A stretch of DNA of 64,000 bases from Octopus sinensis (Eukaryota). The translations under genes and the position numbers were made by a program. The first letter of the stretch is position 1, and the number at the start of each line of letters is the position of its first letter. Positions 26,877 to 40,551 of the stretch are shown piece after piece. The DNA lies in contig NC_043005.1 in NCBI RefSeq assembly GCF_006345805.1, forward strand, positions 85,684,001 through 85,748,000, written 5' to 3'. The notes under the pieces were generated by a model. It saw nothing but the letters and a program-made list of their open reading frames with translations, had not been told where the DNA came from and did not search any database.

Positions 26877-29800
26877 ATATATATATACATACACACACAC
26901 ACACATATATATATATATGTATATACACACACATATATACACACATACATATGTATATAGTAAAAATAAGCAACAAGGATATCCAGAGGTAATGCAGTAC
27001 GATCGTTTCATGCGACTCCATTTAATTAAACAATGCAAACATTACATCAATTTAAAATGTAGTGTAATTTTCAGCTGCACAAAAAACAGAGAATTTAATT
27101 AAATTCGAAGGACTCATTAGTATAATCTTATCCAAAGTCTCCAAGAGAATTAGGAGATAGACATAGAACATGTTTTACCGACAACATCACAGTTATAACT
27201 GAAATTTTTCAAAAAAGACACTGCTTTTCCCTGATTATTTCTGTTATTTATATTTAATTATGGGGTGGGGGGGTCCAGTTTCAATTTTATAGGCTAGTTT
27301 ATCAAATCTGAGAGAAGACAGAGGGTAGTATCATTTAGGGGTGGGGTAAAGTGGATAGACAATTTAAGTGGCATAGTCATAAATGAAAATTTATTTGAAG
27401 CAAAGACATTTGGTTCAGTAATACACACACACATACACACGTATATATTTTATATATATATAATATATATATATATATAAATGTATATATATACATAAAT
27501 ATATATATGTGCGTGTATGTGTATATTATGAATGCAGTGAACAAGACAAACAGATAGCACTGGTAAGAAAGTTTCAACAAATATTGCATTAACTTAAAGC
27601 TTAAAAGGGAAAAATGTTTCAGTCACTTGAGCTTCATTAGAAGAGAAATAAAAGAAGAGTTTGGAAGAAGAGAAGTGGTTGAGAAGAGAAAATAATGGCT
27701 TCCGAAGGCAGAGCTTATATTGACAACGTTTACTCCAGTTGATAGAATACGTCTCTTCACTGAATGTGAAGCCATTCCATTCCAGGCCAAACAACAGCTG
27801 TAGTCGATACTCATTCTGAGCAATGTGGTCTGTAATTATGAAGAATTTGCTGCTTCCCTAGGAAATAGAACCAGCTGCCTGAGGATCATAACTCGCCGCC
27901 TACGATCCTTAATCGCTCACACCAAACAGTAAGCGTCTCCGTTTCTCTCACACCGATACACATTGATTTACACCCAGACGTTAACGCTGAGACGCAGCCG
28001 ACACGTACGCAAGTGTATATGTACACCTGTATGTATGAGGATTGTATGCATGTTTATACGCACGTCTATATATTATTGCATGTATATATATATCTGTTTA
28101 GTGAACATGTAACACATTATCCATGAACGAATATCTCAGCATCTCAGTATATCAGTAAATTTTACTCTACTGTAAGTCAGCATCACACTATATACATCTC
28201 TGTATATCTAATTATAACAAAAGACCTTAACAATACGGGTGTTGTATCTATGGTATTTTTTGTTAGAAAATGTTAAGCATTTCAGCAAATCGCTCCTTCA
28301 CTCCAGACAACGGCATCACAACTACAACAGCTGTTTTCCATTCGATAATGGACTTATTGAATATTTTAGCTATTCATCAACTTAACATATTTAAGACAGA
28401 CTTTTAGTTGACCTTTCCACGACCAACTTTGCACAATACACTGGCTTTAGCTATTATCTTCACCTTGAAGAACTTGTAGTGCTCTTGATGTCCTACCTAA
28501 AGGCAAAATAACTGCAAGCCGATGAAAATACTACAGTATAGTGCTAAATATGTGTTTTACCATTAATTCTGTTGGAATATATTCTGAGGTCACTTTTTGA
28601 AATAGCTGACATTCTCTTCAATTAGTACTGATTTTATAACGATTTAAATACCAGTTTTGACACAATTTAATAAACATCTTTACTCTAAACCATATTCTAA
28701 TCAACAGCATGAAGCGATAAGTGCTTTGTTTTGACTTGTTATAAACAGCGACCAAATATCCCTTTAAATCTATCGGACAATCTTACAAAAGTTTACAAGA
28801 CAAGTTTGTTACAAGACTGAAAAGCAGAATGGTCCCGATTGGAGCTTCTCATATCATAGGTCAGCCCAATTAATGCTCAACCTTATATCAAACAACGATG
28901 GCATGGTACCAGTTTGAAGATTCTGCAAATGTCTTAAGCTCTAGCTCTACTCTTTTAATTAAATTAGCAACAAGCACAACACTCATTTCTGAAAAGCGAG
29001 ATATCCAAGAACATTGCTAGTAGAAAGGGCAACAGCTGATATAATTGACCCTAGTAAATAACTGGTACCTGTTTATTATCGATAGTAATGCATATAAAAT
29101 ATTGCATACATTTTAAATCCAGTGGATCCAGAATTTCTGTTGCTCTGAACTGAAAGCGTCATTGAAGAATATTATCTTAGAAGAAGGTAAGCAATTTCGA
29201 GGAAGGGAGCAAGTTGATTAGATCGACCCCTGTGTCCAACTAGCCCTTATGTTTTCGACTCTGAAAGTCGACTTTGGCAGAAATTGATCTCAGAATGTAA
29301 AGGCGGACGAAATGCCGCAAAACATTTGCCCAGCCAGCTCACGATTCTGTCATCTCAATGCCTTATAGAACGTAAAGATTCGTTGTTGTGTATGGATTCC
29401 ATTGTGAAAAAGAATCTTTCACAGAGCGCTTTCTGTTTGAGCATGTTAGAATAATTGTTTCCGAGTTCTTGGCCGAATATAGTGTTGAGGCTGGATACAA
29501 ACTCCCCAACAAGTATTCGAAACACAAATGTTGATGTTCATATTTATTGTAAACAACAGGCTGCTAGCCTCCAGACTAAATTATGCCATAATGCTGGATG
29601 ACCGATGGCAGTAATATTACTTTTGCAACAGACGTGTATTCTGGCTGGAGCGTAGGTGGACTTAACAAAGAAGCACCTGTAAACTGTCAGTCAAAAGGTA
29701 TATAAATGAATGTGTATAAATGTACACACACACACACACATACACACACACAGGCACACGCACGCACATGCACACATATGAACAGACACAATATAATGTA

Positions 29801-30104
29801 ATATAACAAAATGTACGGTCACATACCTGCATAGATTTATATTCATATAGATTTAAATGCATAGCTATCTATATATATACTTATATATATAAATTCATAA
29901 ATGAGGGTGAAAAATTAGATATTAATTTAATAATACCATTAGTTTAACACCAAGTGACCTAGCACATAAAAACTAGGGAGACAGTACAAATTTATACGTA
30001 AATATAAGAGAGTTAACGTTAAGTGGTTAACTCTCTTATATTTACTTATATATATATAATGTATATGATATATATATATATATATCTATATCTATATATA
30101 TATA

Positions 30105-30150
<46 letters not shown>

Positions 30151-30935
30151 AGATACAAAGGTATGAACACATATATGTATATATACATTATATATGTACA
30201 TATTTATGCATATATATATACATATATAAATACGGAGAGACCGAGAAAAAGAGGGAGAAAGGGAGAGAAAAAGAGGGAGAGTGAGAGCAATTTATAATTG
30301 TATAAGATACAATTATCTGAAGATAGACGCTAACGCCGACGCATTTAGCGTCTATCTCCAGCATATAGGCACAGAATTATATTTCTAATTTATATTATTA
30401 TAAATCCCTATGAATGAATTACCTAAATAGGTCTATTTTATATGGTGGGCACTGATAGAATTTTTAATGATATTATCCTTTAATTATGTCCTTAATAGAA
30501 AGACTCCTGCTGTTATGTCCTGTTATTTGTATTTGTGTAAGATTCTCCGTATTTTTCCGTCCTTGTTTTCGTATACATTCGCTGCTTTCTTCTAAGAAAT
30601 CTAATGCTCTTAGCTTAGTTTTTTCTTGCGGCTGGCCAGATTGGAGCAATCATGAATATATCCATCCGAAATTGCAAAGATAATCTGGAAAGATTGTGGA
30701 AAGAAAACTCCGAATGACCCGTCCTTGTTTTCTTTGTATCAGCTGTCTGGAAGTTTTGTTGCCCCTATTTTTTGTATCACCTGTCTGAATGTTTTGCGTT
30801 TTGTCCCATTTTGTATTATATATATTATATATATAATATAGATATATATATATATAATATATATAATATATATATATATATTATATATGTGTGCGTGTGT
30901 GTATATAAGTATATATATGGATATATATATATAAT

Positions 30936-31183
30936 CTTCTTTTATTCTTTTATTTATTTCAGTCATTTGACTGCGGCCATGCTGGAGGACCACATTTAGT
31001 CGGGCGGATAGACCACAGGACTTGTTTGTAAGCCTATTACTTATATTGCTCTCTTTTCCGAACCTCTAAGATATAGGGATGTAAACACACCAGCATTAGT
31101 TATGAAGCGATGGTGTATGGATAAACACAGACACACAAACAGACACACACACACAGACCCGCACGCACACACACACACACATT

Positions 31184-31240
<57 letters not shown>

Positions 31241-31406
31241 GGCGGGCTTCTTTCAGTTTCCGTCTACCAAATCCCCTCACAAGGCTTTGGTCGACCCGAG
31301 GCTATAGTAGAAGACACTTGTCCGCCGAAGGTGCCACACAGTGGGATTGAACTCGGAATAATGTGGTTGGTAAGCAAGCTATTTCCCACACAGCTACTCC
31401 TGCGCC
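30936..31406 (-). mobile_element. SINE family C full copy with internal microsatellite
   Basis: Reverse complement of the family C head, CORE-like part and tail. Confidence 0.85.
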
Positions 31407-32404
31407 TATACATATAGCATGGCGTGGCCGCAGTCAGATGACTGAAACAAGTAAAAGAGTAAAAGTGTTAGAAAGTTCGAAAGATATGGAGTAAATTAAG
31501 TTTTAAAATGTGATACTCAAAGAAGAGACTTCAAATAATATTGGAAAAGGCGTTTTGGTAGAAAGGAATCGAAGGGCTCCAATGTGGGACTCGAACACAC
31601 AACCTTCCGTAAACACGAATGTGCCTTTCATCCTTTCAGGATCGATAAAATATGCACGAGTTAAACAGAGGTAGTGTCAATGTAATCAACTAACGCACGC
31701 CACCAAAATTGCTGGCCTTGTGGCAAAAGCTGAATCCATTATTTATAAAACTTTGCCTTCTTCAAGTTTTACTGCTTAGAAAAATAATCTACTTCACACA
31801 GTAAATGTATGTTTATATGTATGTAGGTATGTATATACAAGTCGATATACATAAATATTTCCCTTCGTGTCACACATTCTATGAGCGCAGTCAATGAAGA
31901 GATTATATATACGTTATAAAATACTGTTGTCATAAAAACACTTCTTGTATTGACAGCTGAATGACAGATTGGTTGGAGTTGACTAAAGGACCTAATCAAG
32001 TCACCGATACAATATTGCCGACATATTCGACAATGTTATTAGCTATAATATTAGAGTGGTGTGGTGTGGTGTGTGTATGCGTGAGAGAGAGAGGAGAAAG
32101 AGAGAGAGAGAGAGAGACTATAAATATATCACAGGCACACACTCACACACAAAGGCATCCATATAAGTGATTACGTTTACATATGTAAATATATATATAT
32201 ACATGCACACATCCATACATACATAGAGATATCCACACATACAAACATACAAACAGGTGCAGATACGAAACAAGCCTATACATACGTATGCGTATACGTA
32301 TATAAAGATATATTAGCAGCAGGCGCACTGCCGTTATCTTCTCGCCGCTGTATATTATTATTACTTTCAATGCAATCACCATGACCAATTCTGATGATAA
32401 TAAC

Positions 32405-32459
<55 letters not shown>

Positions 32460-32464
32460 ATTAT

Positions 32465-32498
<34 letters not shown>

Positions 32499-32651
32499 TC
32501 AATAATATTAATAACAACAACAACAATAAAAATGATAGTAATAAAGATGATAATAATGAGAATAATAATAATAACACCGACAACAACAATAATACATATA
32601 CCTACGTTCATTTAAATAAAAATATGTATATATACAAGTATGTGTGTGTGC

Positions 32652-32712
<61 letters not shown>

Positions 32713-32990
32713 TACATATATATATGCATTGTGTTCAATAGTTATACTAATGTTCAGTGTAACCTTATCATTTGAGGCGCTATATTATTATAGCAATAAC
32801 TGTTTATCTTGACTGGAGCCATCAACACACTACTAACATCGACACATATACACACTCACACACATACACACCCACGCTCGCGCACACACGCACACACATA
32901 TACCTACTCATATCGCACGGCGATCATAAATGTTCATCTTTATTCCATATACGCGTGCGACGTCTGGTGCATCTATACACATATCCATAT

Positions 32991-33067
<77 letters not shown>

Positions 33068-33182
33068 ATATATGTACATATTTTATTTGTATATATATAT
33101 GTGTACATATATATATGCATACATATATAATATACATATATGTATACACCACACACACATATATATACACATATACACACTC

Positions 33183-33222
<40 letters not shown>

Positions 33223-33757
33223 GTATGCATGACATATATGCATATACAAGTATTCATATTAACATATACACATATGTGTGTGCGTTTGTGTGCACGTGCG
33301 TGTGTGTGCATAAAATTTTATATTTCCGTGATGGCGTATATTTAGACGGTTGTATGGTAGCGTATGCACAAAGTTCAAGTGCGTAGGCAGAGTTACCGAC
33401 TGAGCTACGTATGATATGTATGTTGTTGAAACTATATTCTTTCTGTACATGAGAAGCCTATAGCGAAAGTAAATATACTTGTCGACGTTTGAAGATCGTA
33501 ATAATCGTTATCATTAAAAGTCGACGCCTGCTTTGTTATTTTCTAATGTTGAAATGCCGTCCTCTCTGATGGTGGGGCTTCCTAGTCCGTACGATAATGC
33601 CATGCGATATTTGTGGTATGTATGAATGTACGTTCATATCAAACAAAAGCATGGACCGTATCTATTTCGGATAACTCATAACCTCCAGTTATTATGCATT
33701 ATATATACATATGTGTGTGTATGCAAACATACATATATACATACATACATCCATCCA

Positions 33758-33792
<35 letters not shown>

Positions 33793-33917
33793 GTTTGTGT
33801 GTGCGTGTGCGCGCGTAATACATGCATATATATATGCTTACATATTGATATATATGGATGTAAATGATTGTATTTGTATATATATATACATGTATAAAAA
33901 TATTTGTACATACATGC

Positions 33918-33967
<50 letters not shown>

Positions 33968-34058
33968 TCCTATCCATACATACGTACGTACATGTGCATA
34001 TATATAAATATATGTATAAATATACATATAAAATATATGTGTAAATGTGTAAATATAA

Positions 34059-34287
34059 GGCGGTGAGCTAGCAGAAACGTTAGCACGCCGGGCGATATGC
34101 ATCGCCATATTTCGTCTGCCGCTACGTTCTGAGTTCAAATTCCGCCGAGGTCGACTTTGCCTTTCACCCTTTCGGGGTCGATACATTAAGTACCAGTTAC
34201 GCACAGGGGTCAATATAATCGACTTAATCCCGTTGTCTGTCCCTGTTTGTCCCCTGTGTTTAGCCCCTTGTGGGTAGTAAAGAAATA
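34059..34287 (+). mobile_element. tRNA-related SINE family A, full-length copy
   Basis: ggcggtgagctagcagaaacgttagcacgccggg...gagttcaaattccgccgagg...gtaaagaaata; more than a dozen copies or fragments in the window. Confidence 0.9.
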
Positions 34288-34871
34288 TATATAAATATAT
34301 GTATATGTTCATACCTCCACACACATATATCTGCGTACATATGAATATATGTATATACATATGTGTATACACATATATTTATATGCATTTAAAAATGAAA
34401 TAAACAAAGAATGATAAATTATCAAACAATATGTTGGACTTCAATAGCTTACAGCTGTTTCTGCACTGAGTTGCAATACACTCATATTTGAATGCTTGTG
34501 TATCACCCCATGGCTTCGTCGGAGCCGTTGACGCGTTGCTCTGAAGCATGTGTGTATAAACATCTATTCCTTTATTACTTTAATTTCTTATTAGTGATCT
34601 GTACTTGGATGACGCTTCTTTCTAAAGCCACAGACACATTTCCGCGCACACACACACAAACACACACAGAGACACACACATACATCCACATAATTTATAT
34701 TCCATTAATACGTGTAATAGTTTAACGGCAATGTATACAGACAAATGAAATCTATTTGTAGAACAAAATTGATTTATTACTATAGACTACGTTTGAAACA
34801 TCAAATTCTAAGACTTTAGGACATTGAAATGTAAATCTGCCTGTGTATATATGTATGTATGTATGTATGTA

Positions 34872-34950
<79 letters not shown>

Positions 34951-34952
34951 AT

Positions 34953-35002
<50 letters not shown>

Positions 35003-35483
35003 TAACGTGTGTGTATATATAGACATACATATACAAATACATTTATATATATACATACATATAAATACATTTACATATATACATATACATATACATATGT
35101 GTGTGTGTTATTTAATATATTGAGAAAATTGGTGTAAGTCTATAAGATTTATAACCATTAAATTGTGTGAAACAAGTAGAAATATCACACGGGAAACAAT
35201 ACAGAATCCCAAATTGATTTCAAATCATCCGATTTTTGGTCCTGTGAAGGACGAAACCCGTAAAGTTACTGTGACATTTTCTGGAGACATGCGCACGTGG
35301 TATCAAGTTTTATTTCCTCCTTTCGAATTCATTATATTTGTTGCCTGAAACTAAAACTCGTATGTAATATATTACCCATTCTAACTAATCAGTTGTTGGC
35401 CAGGGCGTCCAAGGGAGATAATATTGCAATATTGGATTCAAATATTTGCACCAGGCCAGCAATTAATGTGGGAGGGGGTAAAT

Positions 35484-35644
35484 GGATTACGTCGACCACA
35501 ATGCTCAACTGGTACTTATTTTATCGACCCCAAAAAGATGACAGCAAAGTCAATCTCGGCGGAATTTGAATATAGAGCATAGAGACGGGTGAAATACCGC
35601 AAAGCATTTTACTTGCCGCATTAGCGATTCTGCTACTTCGCCGC
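35484..35644 (-). mobile_element. Diverged SINE family A copy (similar relics near 6945, 13010, 29215, 31615, 47141, 50870, 56205)
   Basis: Conserved blocks ttatcgacccc..aaagtc.acctcggcggaatttgaa. Confidence 0.75.
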
Positions 35645-35671
35645 AAAAAAATAAAACACAAAATGTAGCTT

Positions 35672-35744
35672 CGCTCAACGTTGGGATCGAACCCACAACC
35701 TCGAGATTAAGAGTCTCGTACTCTACCGACTGAGCTAGCCGGGT
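35672..35744 (-). tRNA. tRNA-Lys(CTT), probably a pseudogene
   Basis: 73 nt ACCCGGCTAGCTCAGTCGGTAGAGTACGAGACTCTTAATCTCGAGGTTGTGGGTTCGATCCCAACGTTGAGCG. Cloverleaf, A and B boxes present, anticodon CTT, T-runs downstream. Two acceptor-stem mismatches and one T-stem mismatch. Confidence 0.8.
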
Positions 35745-35915
35745 TGGCCAAGTGAGCATAATATTAAAGACTATTCACTGATGAACGAGCAGGTGTTTAG
35801 TGCTAATATCAATTCACATTTTGGTTTTATATCTTATCTTTTTACGCTTAGATTTCATTATATTGTGAATAACTTTTCAATGTCCTGAAATGTGCATATT
35901 CAGTTGCGCTTCCTA

Positions 35916-35973
<58 letters not shown>

Positions 35974-35977
<4 letters not shown>

Positions 35978-36141
35978 ATCGGTAACTTTTTTTTAGACAT
36001 TCAGTAGTACAACACCCCCCCCAAAAAAAATATGACACACTAGGCATAACAACAACATGAACTTCCAACCTGTTGTCTCTTAAGGTCTCTGGGTGAGACT
36101 TGGAGCCAACTTGTACAAATATAAAGCAAAAGTCAAACATA
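35974..36141 (+). mobile_element. 3' UTR-only copy of the 57120-57862 R4/Dong family
   Basis: Matches the reverse complement of 57121-57290 (cacactaggcataacaacaacatgaacttccaacctgttgtc...gtcaaacat); (AAT)n on both sides. Confidence 0.88.
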
Positions 36142-37462
36142 AAATAATAATAATAATAATAATAATGATAATAATAACACCGAAAAATGCCTTAGGAAGG
36201 AGAACCAGGTTCGAAATTTATATGTATATATATATATCTTTTATATTCGATTAAGGTGACATTAGGAGTATGCAAATAATTCTCCTATTTCATTAAGCCG
36301 GCTATCTTCTAATGATACTGACTAGTGAGTCACTTCTTCGGAGTTGCATCACGGTCATACCGATATAATGTAAGATAACTATAATAATAACAGGCCATCC
36401 TCATGAGCCATAAGAAAACTACGATCAACAACAGAAGAGGGTTACAGGAAGCGAGCTGGTTGCTATAGCAATACCTTTCCACGCATGTCCACTCCACACA
36501 CGCTCACACGCACGCACATCGGCAACATTCGTCAATTTCTTGAAAATGGATTCATAACCCCGAAATATTGAATGCAAAGTAAGTCTACATTAATTCACAT
36601 ATTTGTTTTCTTGTGATTTACCTTGCATTCACTTCGCATTCTTTTGGCCCTTCCCACGATCCTTTACACTATAATAATAATAATTCTTACGTTTATATAT
36701 TTGTTTTGCAAGATTCTTGATGTGAAATCATGTGTTGAAACAGATGTAGTTGTATTTAGGAATGGTCATTTTGCCAGTTTAGCCAATAAAAACACACGCA
36801 CTATATATTTGGTGTTAATTTGCTTCAGCGTTTTTTATTTTTTACATTAATCTTAATCTTACTTCAGCCAGAGTTCTTTCGTCACACTTCTGTGACCTAT
36901 CAGTGGTCCTTTGCTTTATAAATATTTAATACATTGCTACGCGCATTTCCACAAATCACATGATTTTGACATCAGAGTTGGTATCCCTGGGATTAGTACA
37001 GTATAGTCCGTATTATCCATGGGCACCCGGTTTATCATCATCAATGATTCATTTCATCAGGCAATACTGCCTTATTCGAGGAATCCCAGAGGGACGTTTA
37101 TCCTTTCTTGCCAGTGTGAAGACCATCAATGATGATGATCAACTGGATGCCCAGGGTTAATACAGACTATACTGTACTACACCCATTTGTGTGTCTGTGT
37201 TTGTTCCCCCTCCGTTGCTTGACAACCGATGCTAGTGTGTTCACGTCCTCGTAACTTAGCAGTTAGGCAAAAGAGACCGATAGAATAACTACTAGGCTTA
37301 CAAAGAATAAGTCGTGGGGTCGATTTGCTCGACTAAAGGCGGTGCTCCAGTACGTCCGCAGTCAAATGACTGAAACAAGTAAAAGAGTAAAAGAGTATGT
37401 ATGTATGTATGTATGTATGTATGTATGTATGTATGTATGTATATATATATATATATATTATA

Positions 37463-37497
<35 letters not shown>

Positions 37498-37697
37498 TAT
37501 TTGTGGGTCAGCAAGCCTTCCAATGGTTTCATATGACATTTTTCAGGTCTACCATATGGGAACCTCGGCAATCAGATGTGAAGATTATTTATCCACCAAT
37601 GCAGTGTTGAATGTTTATTTTAACTGTTCAATAGTAGCGATTATGTCTCTGTCTGTCTGTCTGTTTGTCCGTTTGTCTGTCTGTCTGTCTGTCTTTC

Positions 37698-37738
<41 letters not shown>

Positions 37739-38570
37739 CTATCTATCTATATCTGCATCAATGGAACATTCATAGGTTAATGGCAGTGAATAGTTAAATG
37801 TCAAGAGAGTTGCGCTTCATATTGGAGATACTGAACACTAAAACACAATTAGATTCTCTTCATCACTAACTGACCGCTATGAAGGCGAGGGTAGAGAGGA
37901 GAAGATGCAGAGAGAAGAAAGGAGAGAGAGAGAGAGAGAGAGAGAGAGACAAAGAAAGGGAAGGAGGGAGGGAGAGAGGTCAATGTAAATTAATCACAGC
38001 AATCAGACTGTAACGAGAGGCGCGAAGTGGGGCGAAGTGAGTTCGTTATCAACAGCTACAAAATTGATCATAGCAAGTGCAACGTTGTATAATGAGACAC
38101 CGCCATAGATAATAGCATTTTTGGTTACACTTGTCTCGACGGTGTTGTGGTGAATGGCGGTGAAAGGTGGTGATTGGTGGTGATTGGTGGTTCCTATTGG
38201 CAAGTTACAATTCATTAATCATTGCTTATTTGGTTGCACATATTTTGATCTCACAAGTTGTTGTTGTTGTTGTTGTTGTAGATGTTGCTGATGCGGTTGC
38301 TGCAGCTGTTGTTGCGGTTGTTGTTGCTGCTGCTACTGGTGTTGTTGTTGTTGTTGTTAGAGGTTTTGATGATGGTGTTCGTCTGCTCTGCTTCCTTCTT
38401 TTTACTCTTGCTCATTCTGCTTCTTCTTCATCTTTCTTCCCCCTCCCCTTCCCCTCCTCCTCCTCCTCCACCTCCTCCTTTTTCATCAGCATCATTGCCA
38501 TCACAATCATCATCATCATCGTAATCATCATCGTAATCATCATCGTAATCATCATCGTAATCATCATCGT

Positions 38571-38615
<45 letters not shown>

Positions 38616-38731
38616 CACTGTAGCATAGCGTTAGTCTAATGTCTGCAGATAAAAAATGTGTTTTTTTTAAAATATATATATATATATAGACTAGTGTTTG
38701 TATGGGTCTGTGTATTATATATATATATATA

Positions 38732-38814
<83 letters not shown>

Positions 38815-38882
38815 TGTGTGTAGATATATATATTTATGTAAATATATATATATATATATATATATAAGTGTGTGTAGATATA

Positions 38883-38929
<47 letters not shown>

Positions 38930-39500
38930 ATTTATGCCCACATCTATTTAAGTATCTGTCTAATCAATCTTCGAATAGGTATGCATATGTGTATGCATAT
39001 ACATGTGTATATGTATGTCTGTATGTGTGTGCGCGCGCGCGTGTGTATGTACGAATACACGTCTGTAACCACATAAATCCGATGTAAGCATCTTTCTGCT
39101 TGAGCCAGTTTGCAGACATAAATATGTGCCTGCGAATATGCTTACGTGTGCATGTGTGAGTGAGCATGCGCAACATGTGCTTCCTTCTGTCTCCTTCCTT
39201 CCTTCTTTCTCTCTTCCTGTTTCTCTCTCTTTACCTGTCGAACTGCCTGTCTCTCTCTTTCTCTCTCCTTCCCCCTCTCACAAGCACGCTCACTTATATG
39301 CTGATATCTGCTTTTAGTCCGTCGAGCCGTTGAGTGTGCCAGAACCGGCTGATAATTTAAAAAAAGCAGAACATATGACAATATCCTAAACGTGTTTCAG
39401 GCAAACGATTTGTGATGACAATAACCGCTTGATAAGCTTTTATGCGATTTTAATAGACCTGTCTCACTCTTCGCTTGCACGAACATATATATGCACACGT

Positions 39501-39880
39501 GGAGGCGCAATGGCTCAGTGGTTAGGGCAGCGGACTCGTGGTCATAGGATCATGGTTTCGATTCTCAGACCGGGCGTTGTGAGTGTTTATTGAGCGAAAA
39601 CACCTAAAAGCTCCACGAGGCTCCGGCAGGGGATGGTGGTGATCCCTGCTGTACTCTTTCACCACAACTTTCTCTCACTCTTACTTCCTGTTTCTGTTGT
39701 ACCTGTATTTCAAGGGGCCGGCCTTGTCACTCTCTGTGTCACGCTGAATATTCCCGAGATCTACGTTAAGGGTGCACGTGTCTGTGGAGTGCTCAGCCAT
39801 TTACATGTTAATTTCACGAGCAGGCTGTTCCGTTGATCGGATCAGCCGAAACCCTCATCGTCGTAACCGACGGAGTGCTC
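39501..39880 (+). mobile_element. tRNA-derived SINE family B, full-length (about 380 bp)
   Basis: A box ggctcagtgg, B box ggtttcgattc; head repeated on the - strand at 18951-19142. Confidence 0.85.
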
Positions 39881-39915
39881 CCTTTGATATGCACACACAC
39901 ACGCACACACACACA

Positions 39916-39947
<32 letters not shown>

Positions 39948-40207
39948 ACACACCACACCCACACACACTTACACACATAAACACACTCATATATATATAT
40001 ATATTCTTTTATTCGTTTCAGTCATTTGACTGCGGCCATGCTGGAGCACCGCCTTTAGTCGAAGAAATCGACCTCAGGACTTATTCTTTGTAAGCCTAGT
40101 AATTATTCCATGAGAGTCTTTAGTCGAACCGCTAAGTTACGGGGACTTAAACACACCAGCATCGGTTGTCAAGCGATGTTGGGGGACAAACACAGACACA
40201 CAAACAC

Positions 40208-40276
<69 letters not shown>

Positions 40277-40282
<6 letters not shown>

Positions 40283-40551
40283 TAGTGTACATTTAAACAC
40301 AAAAGAAAACTAGCTTTAACAGGTAATTTTTACATGCTACAAATAGCAGCCAACACGGCAGAAACCACGATTCAATAGCAGTTTTCGAAGTAAATGAAAA
40401 ATAAAAACTTTTACCGTGTTATTTTTATTAGCGGTTATACGAAAATTACTATTAAATCGTGGTTTTGGCCGTGTTGGCTGCTATTTCTAGCATGTAAAAA
40501 TTACCTGTTAAAGGGTAGTTTTCTTTTGTGTTTAAATCTACACTATTTTAA
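40277..40551. mobile_element. Fold-back element / MITE with about 110-bp inverted arms
   Basis: 40277-40388 is a close reverse complement of 40437-40551. Confidence 0.8.

Noticed and set aside
31572-31617. tRNA-like T-arm on the minus strand (GTTCGAGTCCCAC)
   Set aside because: Only a 3' half, with no D-arm or anticodon arm; likely a SINE head fragment.
33554-33615. ATG-initiated 20-codon exon candidate ending at GTATGT
   Set aside because: The donor is part of a (GTAT)n-like repeat and the peptide is unrecognised.
35225-35275. GUCC-UGUGAA-GGAC-GAAAC resembling hammerhead stem II
   Set aside because: The core reads CCGAUUUUUG and stem I does not pair; at most a dead relic.
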